A stretch of DNA of 64,000 nt from Eledone cirrhosa (GCA_964016885.1 OZ024742.1:97526001-97590000); one strand, 5' to 3'; positions 22,521 through 36,583 are shown, counted from the first letter of the stretch. Notes: a model not told the origin generated them from the letters alone. Numbers and translations are program-made.

Positions 22521-23879
22521 ATATACTCCAAGTATTTGTCGAGTGCTTTTATATCAGTTATAAATATTTACTAGTTGTAACCCAACAATTTTAAATATAA
22601 CTTTACATGTATATATATATATATATATATGATTATGTCATTTATTTTGTCTGACCTGTTTAGCTTCACTTGCTTTTTGGCTTAGGTGGTCTATAGCTTC
22701 TTAACCGCCTTCTCAGTTTCTATGACCTTTATAACCTATGTTTATTGCTCTAGTCTTTTAAACTATGGAGCGCTTGCCAGCATGACTCAGAATTTGCGTT
22801 ACGTTTCGCTTTTTCTACCCGCCGAAATACGATCCTCGCTGAATTTATATATATATATACACACACATGCATATTATACTAAATGTAACTGCACAAACAC
22901 TGACCTCTATATCATAAACTCAAGCTGTGTACATAAGGAAGTAGTATAGAAATACAAAGTCCCTACAGTGGACTTCCAAAAGACATATATGGTCCTTCTA
23001 AAACATTCAAGATCTGCATCAATTTCTTCACTTAAACCATATTTTCCTTATGTTATATATGAAAATTGAAGGAGAAAAACATATCTTAGTGTCTAAAATA
23101 TTATATAACAACAGCAAAACTGTACACTGGAGGCCTAAATGTATCTGGATTATGCCAAAAATATTACATACAAAATTACTACTGCTAAAAAGACAATCAG
23201 GAAGATTACATTCGTAAGCACACAATTTTAAAATATCTAAGTATTTCTAATGTACACCGCACCGGAAAAGACCCACACCCCCACTGCATACCCCTTTATA
23301 AAGCACATACACAAACAAAAAGAATCATGCATATAAAAACTTCAGCAACTTCTGATGTAGCAACTCTCCAAATTTATAAATAATATTGAATTCGACATTC
23401 AATAATTAAATAATTAATCAATTACTCCTAATAGAAATCCATAATGTAGTCCTATTACTGGTTCTTTGCTTATTGCATATAAATATTTCATCTTTCTAAC
23501 ATTTAGCAGAGGAGACTCAGCGGTAGACCACACACAAGATTGTTGGTTAGCATCTATAACCTCAATTGCTCTCGATTGGGGATCCAACTAGATCTTTTAA
23601 TGACAGTTGCTTCCAATAGAGACTTCTGGATGATGTGTTGGAGGACTCTGTACTGACACCCCCACCCATGACTCTCTCAGGATTACTAGGGCAAAGGAGG
23701 ACAGAAAGAAAAAGCATAATTTGTGGAACCCTCTCTCTACTGAACTTTACACTATGTCACAGGAGAAGGATTCATACACACCAAATTTTAAAGGATGCCT
23801 GCAGAAACGTGTTTGTGCACTATGATTCTGCACTTCCCTAAAGAGTCAAAATGGTTTATATATGGAATGAGATCTGGAG

Positions 23880-24530
23880 ATGCTACAGATGTAAGGGTTT
23901 TTTATCTGGTGGGCTCTTAGAAAACTAGGAGGAGACAATTGGTTTGTGAGGGCTGTACAAGTCATGTAAAGAGGATCAGGTAGCACGGTCAGAATTAGCA
24001 ATTACTGTAGCAAATAATTTAGTGTTCATGCTGGGGTCCATCAGGGCGCAATTCTTAGCTTCCTCCTGTTTATTATTGTTCTGATGGCTATAATGGAGGA
24101 TTTTAAGACTGGCTGCCCATGGGAACTCCTCTATGCAGATGACCTAACCCTTATAGCTGAATCTAACCCAAACCTGGAAGCATGGCCTAGAATAAAAAGG
24201 TTTTAAAGTCAACTTGGCAAACACTGGAGCCATGACAATAAGCCCCCAGTCTTCACTCTAAAGCTATCATGTAGGTGTCACAACAAAAAGCACAAAGCCC
24301 ACACTGTAAAGTGGTCATATTGTTGATACAACAAAAGATTCCCAGCCTACACTGTAAAGTGGTCATGTAAGTACCACAATAAAGAGCACTCAGTAAACAC
24401 TGTAAATATGGTTGGCGTTTGAAGGGCATCCAGCCATACAAACCAAGCTGAAACCAGTTCTGAGAGAGCAAAACATGTTCCGCTGACTTTGCTGTCTTAC
24501 AATGGGAAAACTCAACTAACCCATGCTAGA
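23880..24530 (+). mobile_element. Degenerate, internally deleted RTE LINE
   Basis: GVHQG...GCPWELLYADDL similarity to 60450-60800 and RTE 3' UTR motifs. Confidence 0.75.
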
Positions 24531-24743
24531 CGTGGACGACAACAAAAAGGCTGTGACGACGGAACTGCAGAGGATATCGGAAGAATCCTTCCAGGAGTGC
24601 ATCCAAGTGTGGCAGAAAAGGATGGAAAAGTGCATTAGACTCCAGGGGGATTACTTTGAAGGAGAAAACTCTTTGTGTGAAATTTGGGTTTGAAATAAAT
24701 CTTTTGTGACATCAGTTCTGGAACTTTTCTGACACACCTCGTA
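24530..24743 (+). mobile_element. Mariner transposon 3' end
   Basis: Translates AVTTELQRISEESFQECIQVWQKRMEKCIRLQGDYFEGEN; ends in TIR-like ...ttttctgacacacctcg followed by TA. Confidence 0.85.
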
Positions 24744-25489
24744 TATATGTATTATACATTCATACATATACACATAAAACATGGTTAAAACCAATTTTAT
24801 TTTCAAAAAATTTCTGTATTTATTCCAATGTTGTATCTGAAGTTTATCGTTTTATATATTTTCTCTATTGTTTATTCTTTACATACACTCTGCTTACACT
24901 ACTACGAAATCTGTTTTCTGCTTTATTTTTTTTTCCTCGGAGAAAATATTCTATGAAGGGAAAGAACGTTCTAGATACTGCTCCAGGAGATCTCTAGTGT
25001 AAGGTACCAGCCTTTGGCTGTTTACCAAAATCTTTAATCAACTTGACTAAATTGTGTATGTTCAAGTTTTCCTCTCTTTCTGTCATATTATTTATTTTTG
25101 TTTGTCTTCTTTATGTCTTTTCTGTTGGAATTCATTGATTATTAAATTTGATTAATTTCTTTTTTTTTTTTTTTTGCCTTTTCATTTATAATATCAGTCT
25201 CACTGCCCAAGTTTATCAAAAGTGTTTCTCAAAAATGCGACAAATATTATCATGCCAAATAAGAGTTTGGGAGGATTCTCTAGTTATGTCAAAGATATGA
25301 CATTCTGCCTGGTACTGGTGCTATGATAAAAGACACTTGATTAAACGCAGAACCGTGTGAGATGCCAGCCTGCCTGGGAGGTCAGTGTCCCTTCTCACTA
25401 AAGACAGTCTGTGAAGACCCATCCAAACCTTGAAAGCAGGGAAAGTGGATATTAAATGATAAAGGTTAGGATATGTATGTATGCATATA

Positions 25490-27860
25490 TTTATCATCAT
25501 CGTTTAACATCTATTTTTCCACGCTTGCATCAGTTATACAGGTTGTCATGTTATGAGACAATTCAGCTTAAGTGACCATTTCTTGCTCAAACAGATCTGT
25601 ATTTTGGCTAGATTTCTAGGGCTGGATGTCTTTCCTAAAACTAAGCACATTACAGTGTGGACGGGCTTCTTATTATTGTAGCACCAAAACAACCATTGAA
25701 CAGGGTAGATTGGGTGCTTTGTTGTTATAGTACTAGATCACCATACAGGGTTGACATTGTTTATTTCTTGCATGGTTTCAGTGGAAAGGTGTATCAGGGG
25801 GGGGGGGGATAGAACAAGTATGCAGCTTCAACATGGATAAGGTATGTGGGTTATAGAGCTGATGAATGGTGGGATGGAAGGTACGGAGTTTTGGGAGGAG
25901 TAAAGAGCAGGAGATTGGTCCAGACTAGTGCCTTCTACACATTTGTTTCATCTTGTGCACATGTGAGGATGAGTCTTCTGCAATAGAGCACAAGATCTTA
26001 AACCTGTTCCATCTCATTTGTGAGGTATAACTGTGCAAGCTCAGCTTTTATCACCTTATAACAAACTTACCTATGTCTTCTTTTTCACAGTGCCCTACAT
26101 CTTTTTATGCAGCTGTCATTCTTCATATGCATCACCTGTCAATATAGCTGCAATCTCCTTTCCTGCTCACTGTATCTGACCCCTCAAAGCCTCTCATGAC
26201 GCTTTGTCATTTATGCACACAACTATTACATATCCATCGGATCATGCAAGCTTAATTTCTTGCTAATCTCAGTAGGTCCTCTGCACATATTACCCAACTT
26301 TCATTTCGATGCAGCATTGCTGTTTGTACACAAACTTCATACAATCTGCCTTTCATTTTGAGGGAAGAACATTTTGTAGCTAGCAGCAGTAGTAACTTCC
26401 TGAACTTTTCCCATTTCATTCTCACCCTGGCTATTAGAGTAGAGAAAAACCCACCTCTACTGCTAATTTGGTCACCTAGGTAACAGAAACTCTCATCTAA
26501 TTGTACAGATCTTATGAGCATTTAAAGGACCTTGTTTCCTGTGAGCTCTTACTTACTGCTCCTGTGCATTGACCACATATAAAAACCACATTCTTTGCTA
26601 TCCTTCCTGAGACTCCACTACATCTCTTGCAAACCCATAGTTTGCATTTGGGTCATAGAATGGAATTTATACCTACTCCTTAAGTACGCATTTAACAAGA
26701 CCATTTCCCTGAATGGTATGGGGCCTGTTTCTCTTTCTACTTACTAAGACTTTAGTCATTGTCAATTTGACATTTAATTCTAGGCCATAGTTCCAGGTTT
26801 GGAATTTCTTCTCTAATTTCTACTATAGATTCAACTACAAGGGTTAGACCATTTGTATATAGGAGTTCCCATGAGCAGCCAGTATTGAACTCCTCTGTTA
26901 TAGCCTGCAATATGATAATATATAAGTGAGGGCTTAGAACAGAACCCTGATTGACTACTACTTGCATGCTAAATTCTTCATTACAGTCATTGTTAATCCT
27001 ACCTATGCTGAGTACTTCTCTATACATGGCTTGTACAGTCTTCACAAACCACTCATCTACTTCTAATTTTCTTAGAGCCCACTAGATTATTGAATGAGGA
27101 ACTGTTAAAAGCTTTCTCCAGGTCAAGAAATGCCAAGTAAAGGTGTTTACCTTTAACTAGGTACTTCTTCTGCAGTTGCCGCACAAGAAAGAGGATGCTG
27201 CATATCATCTAGGCTAACTTGGTCCCTAATCAACTATGCTATCACTCTTTCAGCAACCTTCATGACCTAGTATATCAAATTGATGTCTCTATATTTTTCT
27301 CTGTCAAGTGCATATCATTTGCCTTTGTAGCAGTTAACAGTGCTGCTGGCTGCTACATCAGTCATTGGTTATGACACTATTTTGTATTATTTGGATTAAA
27401 TTACAGGTTGTTAAGGAGTAACCCACCATCCAAGATGCTTTTAGAATCTTGGCAACTATCCCCAATGGTCCTGGTATTTTCCCCATCATCATACCCTTTA
27501 TTCTCTTACATAACTTTTATTGCTGGACTCTCTGTTGGGTCTACATGGGTTTAAATTATCTTCCTCTGAATCATTCTCCTTATTCAGTACTCTTTCATAA
27601 TGACACTTCTATTATCCTTTCTTTACAGTGTCGTTGAGGACAAGTGCACCATTATCATCTTGGACACACTTTTCCTCAACAGCATCACAATTTTCCCTCA
27701 TACACTGTCTCACAACCCTGAACACCTCACATCCTAAATCTTCACTTTACAAAAGATGCTTATTATTTTTATTATCTGCTTACTCCTTGTAAATTATACT
27801 TGTCGCATGGCTTCTCTCCTAGCTTCCTGGCATTGTACTCTGTTTCCTTCATTTTGTTTC
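25490..27860 (-). mobile_element. Old degenerate RTE LINE
   Basis: ORF fragments 26252-26521 and 26752-27045 homologous to the RTE at 60133-61639; tail motif at about 25495. Confidence 0.85.
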
Positions 27861-27904
27861 ATCATGAAAGAGTTTTACTATGTAGTTCTTCACTCTGTTT
27901 CATC

Positions 27905-28023
27905 AAAACAGAGTTTTACTGAGTAGTTCTGAGGTGTTTGAGAGAGAACACTCGGCAAAAGTAACTGAATCTGTGGTGCCTGATGAACTGGATTCTCCAT
28001 GATGACAGTGCACCCTGGCACTT
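27905..28023 (+). mobile_element. Mariner transposase fragment
   Basis: NWILHDDSAPWH resembles the conserved WxLHHDNAPAH motif. Confidence 0.6.
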
Positions 28024-28289
28024 AGCATTCATCATCCGATTTCACTCTGGCAGACTTCTTCATTTCCTGACTATGAAAATAAAGCTCAAAGCACATGACC
28101 GTGATCTCTGGCACTATGAAGTAATACAGAAGACCCGCATTCTCACGAGAATAAGCTGAAGCATAAATATAGTATATGCTACCTACAACTCCACTCCACC
28201 TCACTCTTCCATGCAGCTCCCTTGAGTACAGCCTGAAGCATACATCTAACACCAATCCCAATATATCTCTCCTATCAAGCCCTTACTCT

Positions 28290-28555
28290 AAAGTGGTTGT
28301 GATGGTGCACTATAAAAACCAGCCAGCCCACACTGTAAAATGGTTGTGTAGATTTCACAATAAAAAGTGCCCAGTTCACACAGTAAATGTGGTTGGTGTT
28401 AGCAAGATCATCCAAGCTGTAAAAACCAAACCAAAATCAGTTCTGTGTGAACCAGACATGGTCACCTGACCCGACATTTTTCACAACAGGACAAATCGTC
28501 TAACCCATGCTAGCATGGAAAAATGAACGTTAAATGGTGATGATGATGATGATCA
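28290..28555 (+). mobile_element. RTE-type 3' UTR remnant with (GAT)n tail
   Basis: aacccatgctagcatggaaaaatgaacgttaaatggtgatgatgat. Confidence 0.7.
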
Positions 28556-28564
28556 TCATCATTA

Positions 28565-28752
28565 TTCGGTGGATTGGCAGTATCGGCAGAGGGTCGGACG
28601 CCATGCTTTCCAGCATAGTTACGTCCCTTTGCGGTCTGAGTTCAAATCCAGCCGAGGTTAACTTTGCCTTTCATCCTTACGGGGTCGATAAAATAAAGTA
28701 CCAGTAATGTACTGGGTAATTGATGGCCTTGTGCCAAAAGTAGAAACAATTA
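28565..28752 (+). mobile_element. tRNA-derived SINE, main family
   Basis: Full head-core-tail match to 43746-43938. Confidence 0.9.
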
Positions 28753-28869
28753 TTACTATTATCATTTAACATCCAATTTTCCATGCTGGCATGGGTGTGT
28801 ATATGTACACATTTATATATGTGTGTGTGCACATTTATGAGTGTATATGTATGTGTGTGTGTGTGCATC

Positions 28870-29068
28870 TAAGGGAAGGCTGAAAGTTCAAAGGCTGACT
28901 TTGAAGGAGTGATGCTAGTGCTTTGAAATCTTGCATGTATTAATTTCAACTCTTCATATTAATAACTGCATTGTTTCTGCGCAAGGCCCATGTTGAAAAA
29001 TAAACCTCATTTGGTCATTCCATGAGAGTATTTTGGTCAGCGTATGAACTTTTCAGCCAACCCTCGTA
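28870..29068. mobile_element. Tc1/mariner-type MITE
   Basis: TIR similar to CGAGGGTTGGCTGAAAAGTTCATAGGCTGAC with TA flank; second copy in opposite orientation at 57101-57283. Confidence 0.75.
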
Positions 29069-30689
29069 TGTGTGTGATCATGTGTATACCATTATTTGAA
29101 ATCAGAAATTGCGAACCATAGTATTATTAGTTAAAGGTGTGTGTATGTGAAAATATATATATATACATATGTCTATATCGCTATATGTTTGAATCTCTCT
29201 CTCTTCCTCTCTATCTCTCTCTCTCTCTATATATATATATACATATATATGTATATATATGTGCATACATTGGTCATGGAAACATGAGGGATGCATGTGC
29301 TTGTTTACAATTCTAGAATACTTAATATATTGCAAGTTGTATGGAAATGTAAAAATTATACAAATATAAGTGTGAGAGTTATCACCAGACACACACAAAT
29401 ATACATTCACAAATGCCTTTCTACTCTAAACATTCCATTGACATCACATGTTAAGCTATCACTGGTGTTACACAGTAATCTTTAACCTGTCACAGAATCT
29501 GCAATAATTTCCGGAGTATTCTGAAGCTACATGCATAAACATTACTGGAAATGTCTTCTTCATTTCAGAGTTATACATGTTTGGCATGTGACTTGATATG
29601 AGACTGTGGGTCAAAACTAAAGCAATTACAACATAGAAGAGTCATTTTTGTCATAAAACAAACAAAAAAAAAACACCATCATCATCATCGTTTTACATTC
29701 ATTTTCAATTTTTGCAGGGTTAGATAAGTTGTTGTGAGCTGAGATTAGACAGGTCAGAAAATCATGTTTGCTCATAGCTTCTATTTTAGAATGATTTCTA
29801 TGGCTGGAAGCCCTTCTTAATGCCAACATTACAAAGTGTAGTATGTGCATAGTATAGTGGGACCAGCACTACAACTTTGTAGAATTTACTGGAAGCGTTT
29901 TAGTGTGGCACCAACATTAACACTTACAGAGTAAACAGTTTGCATTTTATAGTGCTACCAAGACTACTATATTACAGAGGGGTACTGATGTAAGTAGCGC
30001 TTTTTAGAACATGCTGGTCATTTATTACTGATCATACATGGCATTAGCACTAGGGTGATCATTGTGGCCTTAGCCAGTGAGAGAGGGTTAGTGATAGAAA
30101 TAGGGGGTGGGGTCAGAATGTGAACATGGCAGTGGAAGCATTATAGGAGCAACTTTCTGTGAGAACCATCAGTTGAGAGGGAAGGAGAGTCACAGACCAT
30201 GGGGACAGGCTGAGAGGACCATAACTTATCTGCTGCATTATGAGGGTAGAGTGAGAGAGTCATCACAGAGAGGAAAGGAGAGTGAGAGTAGGTGCTGAGG
30301 AAAAGAGGCTGAGAAACCTAAATGTTAATGCATGTTTTAACTTAACTGCATGAGAGGACAGATGTCTTGAAGTATGGCAAATGGACAGACAAGTCAGTCA
30401 TGTATCATCATCTTTTTAAGGTGAACTTTTATTATATCATCCCATGTTTTTCTAAGTGTTCCTCTTCCAGAGCTTCTCTTGATTTTGAGTCTCCTGCATT
30501 TATTTATGAAGTTCTCATTCTTCATACACATCACATGACTATACAAAAACAGACTTCTCTCTTGTACACTGCATCTAATCCTGCTTATGCTAATTTATTC
30601 TCTATTGCTTTGTTCATGTGTACTTCTGTTAAGCATCCATTAGAACAGGTTCACTTCATTTTTCTCTAGCCTTCTCAGATACTCTGTGC

Positions 30690-31955
30690 TCAATGTCCAC
30701 TGGTCTGAGAAAAACTGCCTGTTCTTCTTGGCCAAAATAAGGTGGCAGGATCATTTTCATGGAAGAGACGACTGATAATCAGCTCTTTTCTATACACAAG
30801 AAAAGCTGTTTGAAAAAACCTACAAGTCAGCAATGCATGAACATTGAACAAGTACATGAGGAATTGTTTCATCACTTTGCATGAATCTTGGATAAGACTG
30901 TTTGGCATCACTTCCATGCCTAGAATTTGCCCAAGATCATTGTCACTCTTCTCCCTCACCAGTCCTCCATTAACTGCTAATAAGAAATATCTACTGACTA
31001 CATTCCCAAATGGTAGAGTGTTGTGAGTGTCTGACAACATGCCAGGTACCCAGTTTCAGGCTTCCCTTGACAAGATGAGCTGTGGAAAGATGCACCATAC
31101 GTATAAAGGTCAGCCATAAATGTTAGATATCTAAGAACATTTGCAAATTGTACATCCTCAATAGCCATGGCATGTGGAACCATCAATGTAAAAGTTGCTG
31201 AATTGCCTGACCTCTGGAACACCTCCATTTCACAAGGGCAACTTAACAGGTCTAGCTGTACAGCACCCAATGCTGTTGGAGGATGTGGAGATGCCTCCTC
31301 AGCTGAAGAGCAGCAACACCACTAACCATCATGGTGACATTTCCACATGTTGATGCAACACTTCCATATTAATTTTCGAGTGGAATACACTTCAACATGT
31401 ACAGCATCAACATTAGGAGTTCAAGAGAGAGTACAGAGAGTACATACAGAAAGGAAGATAATCATTGATGGCCTGAATGCATGATCTGAAATATTTCTGA
31501 TAGGTGGCAATTTACTCTGATCACGAAGCAGATGTTGCTGGGAACTGATGCTCTACTGTCTCTGAGAATGTGACAAGTTACCTGGAGCATTGTCTCCAAT
31601 TATCAATGATTATCAGAAGCTTTCAATTGATCCAAATTGAGCAGAGCTTTGCCAAAGCCAGGTTTACTTCCTAATCTCTCTATGATAGAGTATATGAAGT
31701 TGAGGTTGTCATGGATAGATATTGTAGGGTTGCCTATGTCTGTACCTTCCCAACCACACTTTTGATGACAAGCATCAATTTCCTTGCTATCACTGTAGCC
31801 TAAATCTTAAACTGTGTGTTTAGAAAAGCAATGGGACAGAACTTTTTATTTATGAACCCCTTTGTGTGTGTCCTCCATCATAAGCACTAACACTCCCAGG
31901 TGCACAGAAATAGATAGCTGTCAGGACATCAGGGAACACTTCACATCTTATGTTG
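30690..31955 (-). mobile_element. Old degenerate Tx1 LINE, 3' half
   Basis: GGLVREKSDNDLGQILGM resembles RGLVEGKSDDVLGETLGV of the young Tx1; FCPIAFLNTQFKI resembles FRPITLLNTEFKI. Confidence 0.7.
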
Positions 31956-32469
31956 CTCTAGGCCAAAGGTTCTCAACCCATTTCAGCCAAATCACGAAAA
32001 TGCCTCCCTAACCTATTTTCCTATTTTTCAATATACTACTGATTTTGATATCAGTAGATTATTGGGCCAAATCAAGTTGTGTTAGAATCTTAAAAAAATA
32101 CTCGCACGAATTAAATACAAAAAAGTTTTAGTCCAAAACAAAGGCAAACTATTTCAAATTATATAAAAATAGACGTGAATGTTCTCACAGATTTGATCTC
32201 AGTCGAAAAAGCTTTTTTTTTAAATTCTATATTTCACTGTCAGCTGTTGTAATATTTTGAGTGGAAAGAAATATCTGTATTCCTTATATATATATATACA
32301 TAGATAGAAACACACACACATAAACGTTCACGCACACACACACACATACAAAATTTTCTGTGTGTGTGTGCGTTGGTTTTGGTACAGAAAGAATTTTGTT
32401 TCCAGTTTTTATTGCCAGGTCAAAGGCCAATGCTCTTTTCAACAACGCCATATATATATATATATATCC

Positions 32470-32872
32470 AAAATTAAATTAAGGGTGTCATGTCCGAAAC
32501 ATGCGCCCTATCCACTGTAGAATATGCTCAAAGATTTCAATGAATAGATCCGAGCATTTTATATCAACTAGAAATTGATTGACATATATATATATCTAAA
32601 ATAAACACATGAACCACTCACATTTGTAATGTGTGTAAGCACACACTGCTAGGTAGGTAACTAATTAAAGTTTAACTAGAACTTCAAATATAGATACCTT
32701 TTAAAATCTGATTAATCATTTTAAATGGTATCTATATTTGAAGATCTAGTTAAACTTTAATTAGTTACCTACCTAGCTGGGTGTGCTTACACACTTTACA
32801 AATTATCCCCTGTGATTGTTTCATGTGTTTATTTTAGATATATATATATGTCAATCAATTTCTAGTTGATAT
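32470..32872. repeat. Imperfect palindrome with about 150-bp arms (family shared with 6352-6900)
   Basis: 32561-32708 mirrors 32717-32872, centre near attaat at 32711. Confidence 0.85.
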
Positions 32873-33029
32873 ATATATATATATTTATTTAGGTTTGTTG
32901 GTTCACCACTGGATAGAACTGGTCATTACGTATGGTCAACCTCGATGTAATATTATGGAGAGCACTCAACATAATGCAACACACCCGTCTTCGTTTGTGT
33001 AGTTGGTGGTGCGAGTAAGGAGTTAATTA

Positions 33030-33486
33030 TTATAAAATAACAGGAGGCTGGACTGGTGTAATTCCTTAAAAGGTTTATTATACTATGATCATTTCAATAA
33101 CCGGGTTCAGTATGAATCCGGTGACATCATCAGGTATTCGAAATATAACAAAGGAATATAATAAACAAAATCCATGGGGCTGAAAATCAGAGACATGAGG
33201 GCGACTGAACATTTAGCAGCTTCTACCCCGGTCGACCGCTCTCAAGTGGTGATTATTAAGCCTACTTATGTCCATCTGGTGACGGGGCGTAGGCTTATAG
33301 TGTACTACTTCCACCCCATCAAAGACCTGATTTTCAGCCCCATGGATTTTGTCTATTATATTCCTTTGTTATATTTCGAATACCTGATGATGTCACCGGA
33401 TTCATACTCAACCCGGTCATTGAAATGATCATAGTATAATAAACCTTTTAAGGAATTACACCAGCCCAGCCTCCTGTTATTTTATA

Positions 33487-33488
<2 letters not shown>
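33030..33488. repeat. Palindrome with about 160-bp arms, one HHR-like motif per arm
   Basis: 33030-33190 mirrors 33327-33488; plus-strand motif ATAC CTGATGA T...T GAAAT GATC ATA GTAT at 33380-33437. Confidence 0.85.
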
Positions 33489-33530
<42 letters not shown>

Positions 33531-33584
33531 GGAGAAAGAAAGAGGGAGGGACAGAGAGAGTAAGAAATGTGTGTTTGGTACACG

Positions 33585-33625
<41 letters not shown>

Positions 33626-33635
33626 ATATCTCCAA

Positions 33636-34040
33636 CAGGGGGCTCAAACATGCGGCCCGTGAGCTACTTTTCTGTGGCCCGTGGTAGAACCAATATTTCA
33701 TATTGCATTATAACTGGTGAAAATAAGGCGGTGAGCTGGTGGAATCGTTAGCACGTCTGGCGAAATGCTTAACAGTACTTCTTCCGTTTTTACGTTCTGA
33801 GTTCAAATTCCGCCGATCTCAACTTTACCTTTCATCCTTTTGGGGTCAATGAATTAAGTACCAATTGTGTATTAGGATCGATGTAATCGACTAAACCCTA
33901 GACCCCAAATTTCATGCCTTATTCCTATAGTAGAAATGATTATAAGTGGTGAAAATCTTCACGCACCACCACGTTTGGCCCACTGTGCCTCTCCTCTAGT
34001 ACGTAATGGCCCTTTTGTGTCCTTGAGTTTGAGACCCCTC
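33636..34040. mobile_element. hAT/Charlie-like MITE interrupted by a SINE
   Basis: TIRs cagggggctcaaac / gtttgagacccctc, subterminal ggccc motifs. Confidence 0.7.
33725..33938 (+). mobile_element. tRNA-derived SINE with 18-bp TSD
   Basis: TSD attataactggtgaaaat (33707-33724) and attataagtggtgaaaat (33939-33956), one mismatch. Confidence 0.85.
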
Positions 34041-34069
34041 TTCTACACACGCACACACACATATATACT

Positions 34070-34326
34070 TTACTTTTTTTCTGTCTCTGGACTACGCCCA
34101 TGCTGGAGCATCACCTTGGTAAGTTATGGGGACGTCGACAAACCAACTAGCATTGGTGGGAGGGAAAATACAAACGCAAAGACACACAGACATATATACA
34201 TATATACGACGGGCTTCTTTTAGTTTCGGTCTATCAAATTCACTCACAGGACTTTGGTCGGCCTGGGCAGTGGGACTGAACCCGGAAATATGTGGTCGGG
34301 AAGCAAGCTTCTTGTCACACTGCGCT
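34070..34326 (-). mobile_element. Octopus-type SINE remnant
   Basis: gacgggcttctt..tttcggtctatcaaattcactcacagg...cagtgggactgaacccgga..atgtggtcgggaagcaagcttctt resembles the abundant octopus SINE (recognised from memory). Confidence 0.65.
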
Positions 34327-34337
34327 CATATATATAT

Positions 34338-34671
34338 CAGTGGCGAAGGGTAACCTGGAAAGCAGGGCATGCAGTCCAATCGCCCAATTCCCTCTAAATG
34401 ACCCTCCCGGTCAAAGCCGCATGTAGTGTTATCTAGTGTGTGTGTGTGTGTGTATTATCTTTTTATGTCTACGATTTAGTAAGCAGCCGAAATTCTGCTT
34501 GCCCCAAAGCTGTCGTGTGTTTGTGTGTATGTGCGCGTGTTATCTTTTTTTGTGTCTGTACGTTTTAGTAAGCAGCCAAAATTCTGCTTGCTTCAACCGA
34601 CGCAATTGATCAACTCAAGATTCTATAATGCATGCACTGCATGCGTTGCATGCACGGACCCTTCGCCCCTG
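34338..34671. mobile_element. hAT-like MITE
   Basis: TIRs CAGTGGCGAAGGGT / CAGGGGCGAAGGGT; flanks atatatat and atttatat as a probable 8-bp TSD. Confidence 0.75.
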
Positions 34672-34747
34672 ATTTATATATATATATAGATTACTGCAAT
34701 AGATTACTAACAATAGACTACTAACAAGTGCAATAGATTACCATCAA

Positions 34748-36580
34748 GTGATGGAGTTCTTCAGGATTTCTATATCACTCCAAAATATACCTTTACCATC
34801 TAACGAAGAATATATGAAAAACCTTATTGCACAAACCAACTCCTTCAAAAGAAGACTGCGGTGGGGTGCTTTTCACTTTGAAAATAAAGAGAAAACGGAT
34901 AAGGAAAACACCAACCACAATTTCGAGCATATTTTTAAATCTAGGTAAAATCCTTCTTACAACAAACTCTTGGCTAATTTCGAAAACCAAATTATAAATA
35001 TATTAAGGAATATAAAATTAAAACAAAAACATATAGAGGCCAATAATACCTTAGAGGTCTAAAGGAAAAAATTAATGACATACAGAAAGTAAACAAAATA
35101 GTGAAATGAGACAAAACAAACAATTTATATGGGATTGAAAGAACAAAATATAACGACTTAATTTTAAAAGAATTGAGAAAAAATTACAAAAAGGCCCCAA
35201 GTGAAGATTTATTGGATATTAATAATGATGCATTTGAAATTATCACTAATCTCGGAATAGAGCGGAAAACCGAACCCTTCATACCAAGGCAACCGCGGAT
35301 ACATTTTAAAGACCATAAAAGTAAATTTGAAGAAGACTTACCTGTTAGACTTATTGCACCTTCGAAATCAGATCTCTGAATAATTAGTAAAATCATTATA
35401 GATAGGATTTTACCAACGCTTAAATTTAGGTCAAGGCTAAACCTATGGAAGGGTACTAGTGAAGTCATAGATTGGTTCAATAATATCGAAAATAAGAAAA
35501 ATAATAAGTTCATTCAAATTGTCATAGCGAGTTATTATTCCTCAATAACTCCTAACCTACTAAATAAGGCGTTATCATATGCATATAAGCACACGGATCT
35601 ATCTAGTGATGAGATAAATATCATATTAACGGCAAGGCGAACATTGACAGAATTTAATAATGATCTTTGGACTAGATCCGATAGGAAGAAGAACTTTGAC
35701 ATTACTATGGGCTCGTCTGATTTGGCGCAAGTTACCGATCTTGTGGGAATTTTCATCCTTAACATGATAACTAGAAAACTGCCGGAGATTACCGGTGGTT
35801 TATATAGAAACGACATATTATTTATTGTAGAAAAACATAATAATAGCGAATTAAATGTCCCTTACAAAATAACTGCCTTGACAAGAATCTAGTATATAAA
35901 TGCACCATTAAGACAAATAATAATATATATAACTACATTGGTGCGACTTCATCTGGGTTTAAACTTCGTTGGTACAATCATAAACATTCCTTTTCGAAAC
36001 CAGACAAAAAATGTTCAACTTCACACTCACAACTAATATGGTTTTTGAAGGACAAGAATATTAAATACTCCATCTCTTGGACACGGCTGAAGAATGCCAA
36101 TTCCTATCGGAACGCTTCCATTTCGCCAAATTGCAAACTTTGCAATCTTGAGACTCTATTGATAATTACAAATTATGACAATTTAATTAACAAGGAGAAT
36201 GAATTATTTAGCAGCTGCCAACATAGAACCGGTAAAACATTCCAAGCATTATACAAGTTTCGAAAGAATATTGACAATTAATAATTTTATAAATATATTT
36301 ATAATGTTTGCCTTACCGGAGTAATAATTGTTTCTACTGTTTGGCATAGGGCCAGCAATTACCCAATACATTACTGGTACTTTATTTTATCGACCCCGTA
36401 AGAATGAAAGGCGGGATTTGAACTCAGATCGTAAAGGGACGTAACTATGCTGGAGTAATAATGTATTGATGTTTTATCTATTATAATAATTTCATTATGA
36501 GTCTCTGTATCCTACGTTTTGATCAGGACAATTCAATATTTAACTTGACAATTGTTGATTTATGGTTTAGAAATATCATT
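34748..36580 (+). mobile_element. Penelope-like element, disrupted ORF (RT + GIY-YIG) with internal deletion
   Basis: QNIPLPS..FKRRLRW, PVRLIAPSKS, FDITMGS, GGLYRND (YRDD-like), YIGATSSGFKLRWYNHK, CKLCNLE..LINKENE..CQH; probable 3' tail with HHR at 38770-39290. Confidence 0.88.
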
Positions 36581-36583
36581 AGA

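Noticed and set aside
35100-35385. In-frame TGA codons in the PLE ORF as possible selenocysteine
   Set aside because: They fall at positions normally Ala/Ser and Gly, in a copy with other stops and frameshifts; no SECIS was recognised
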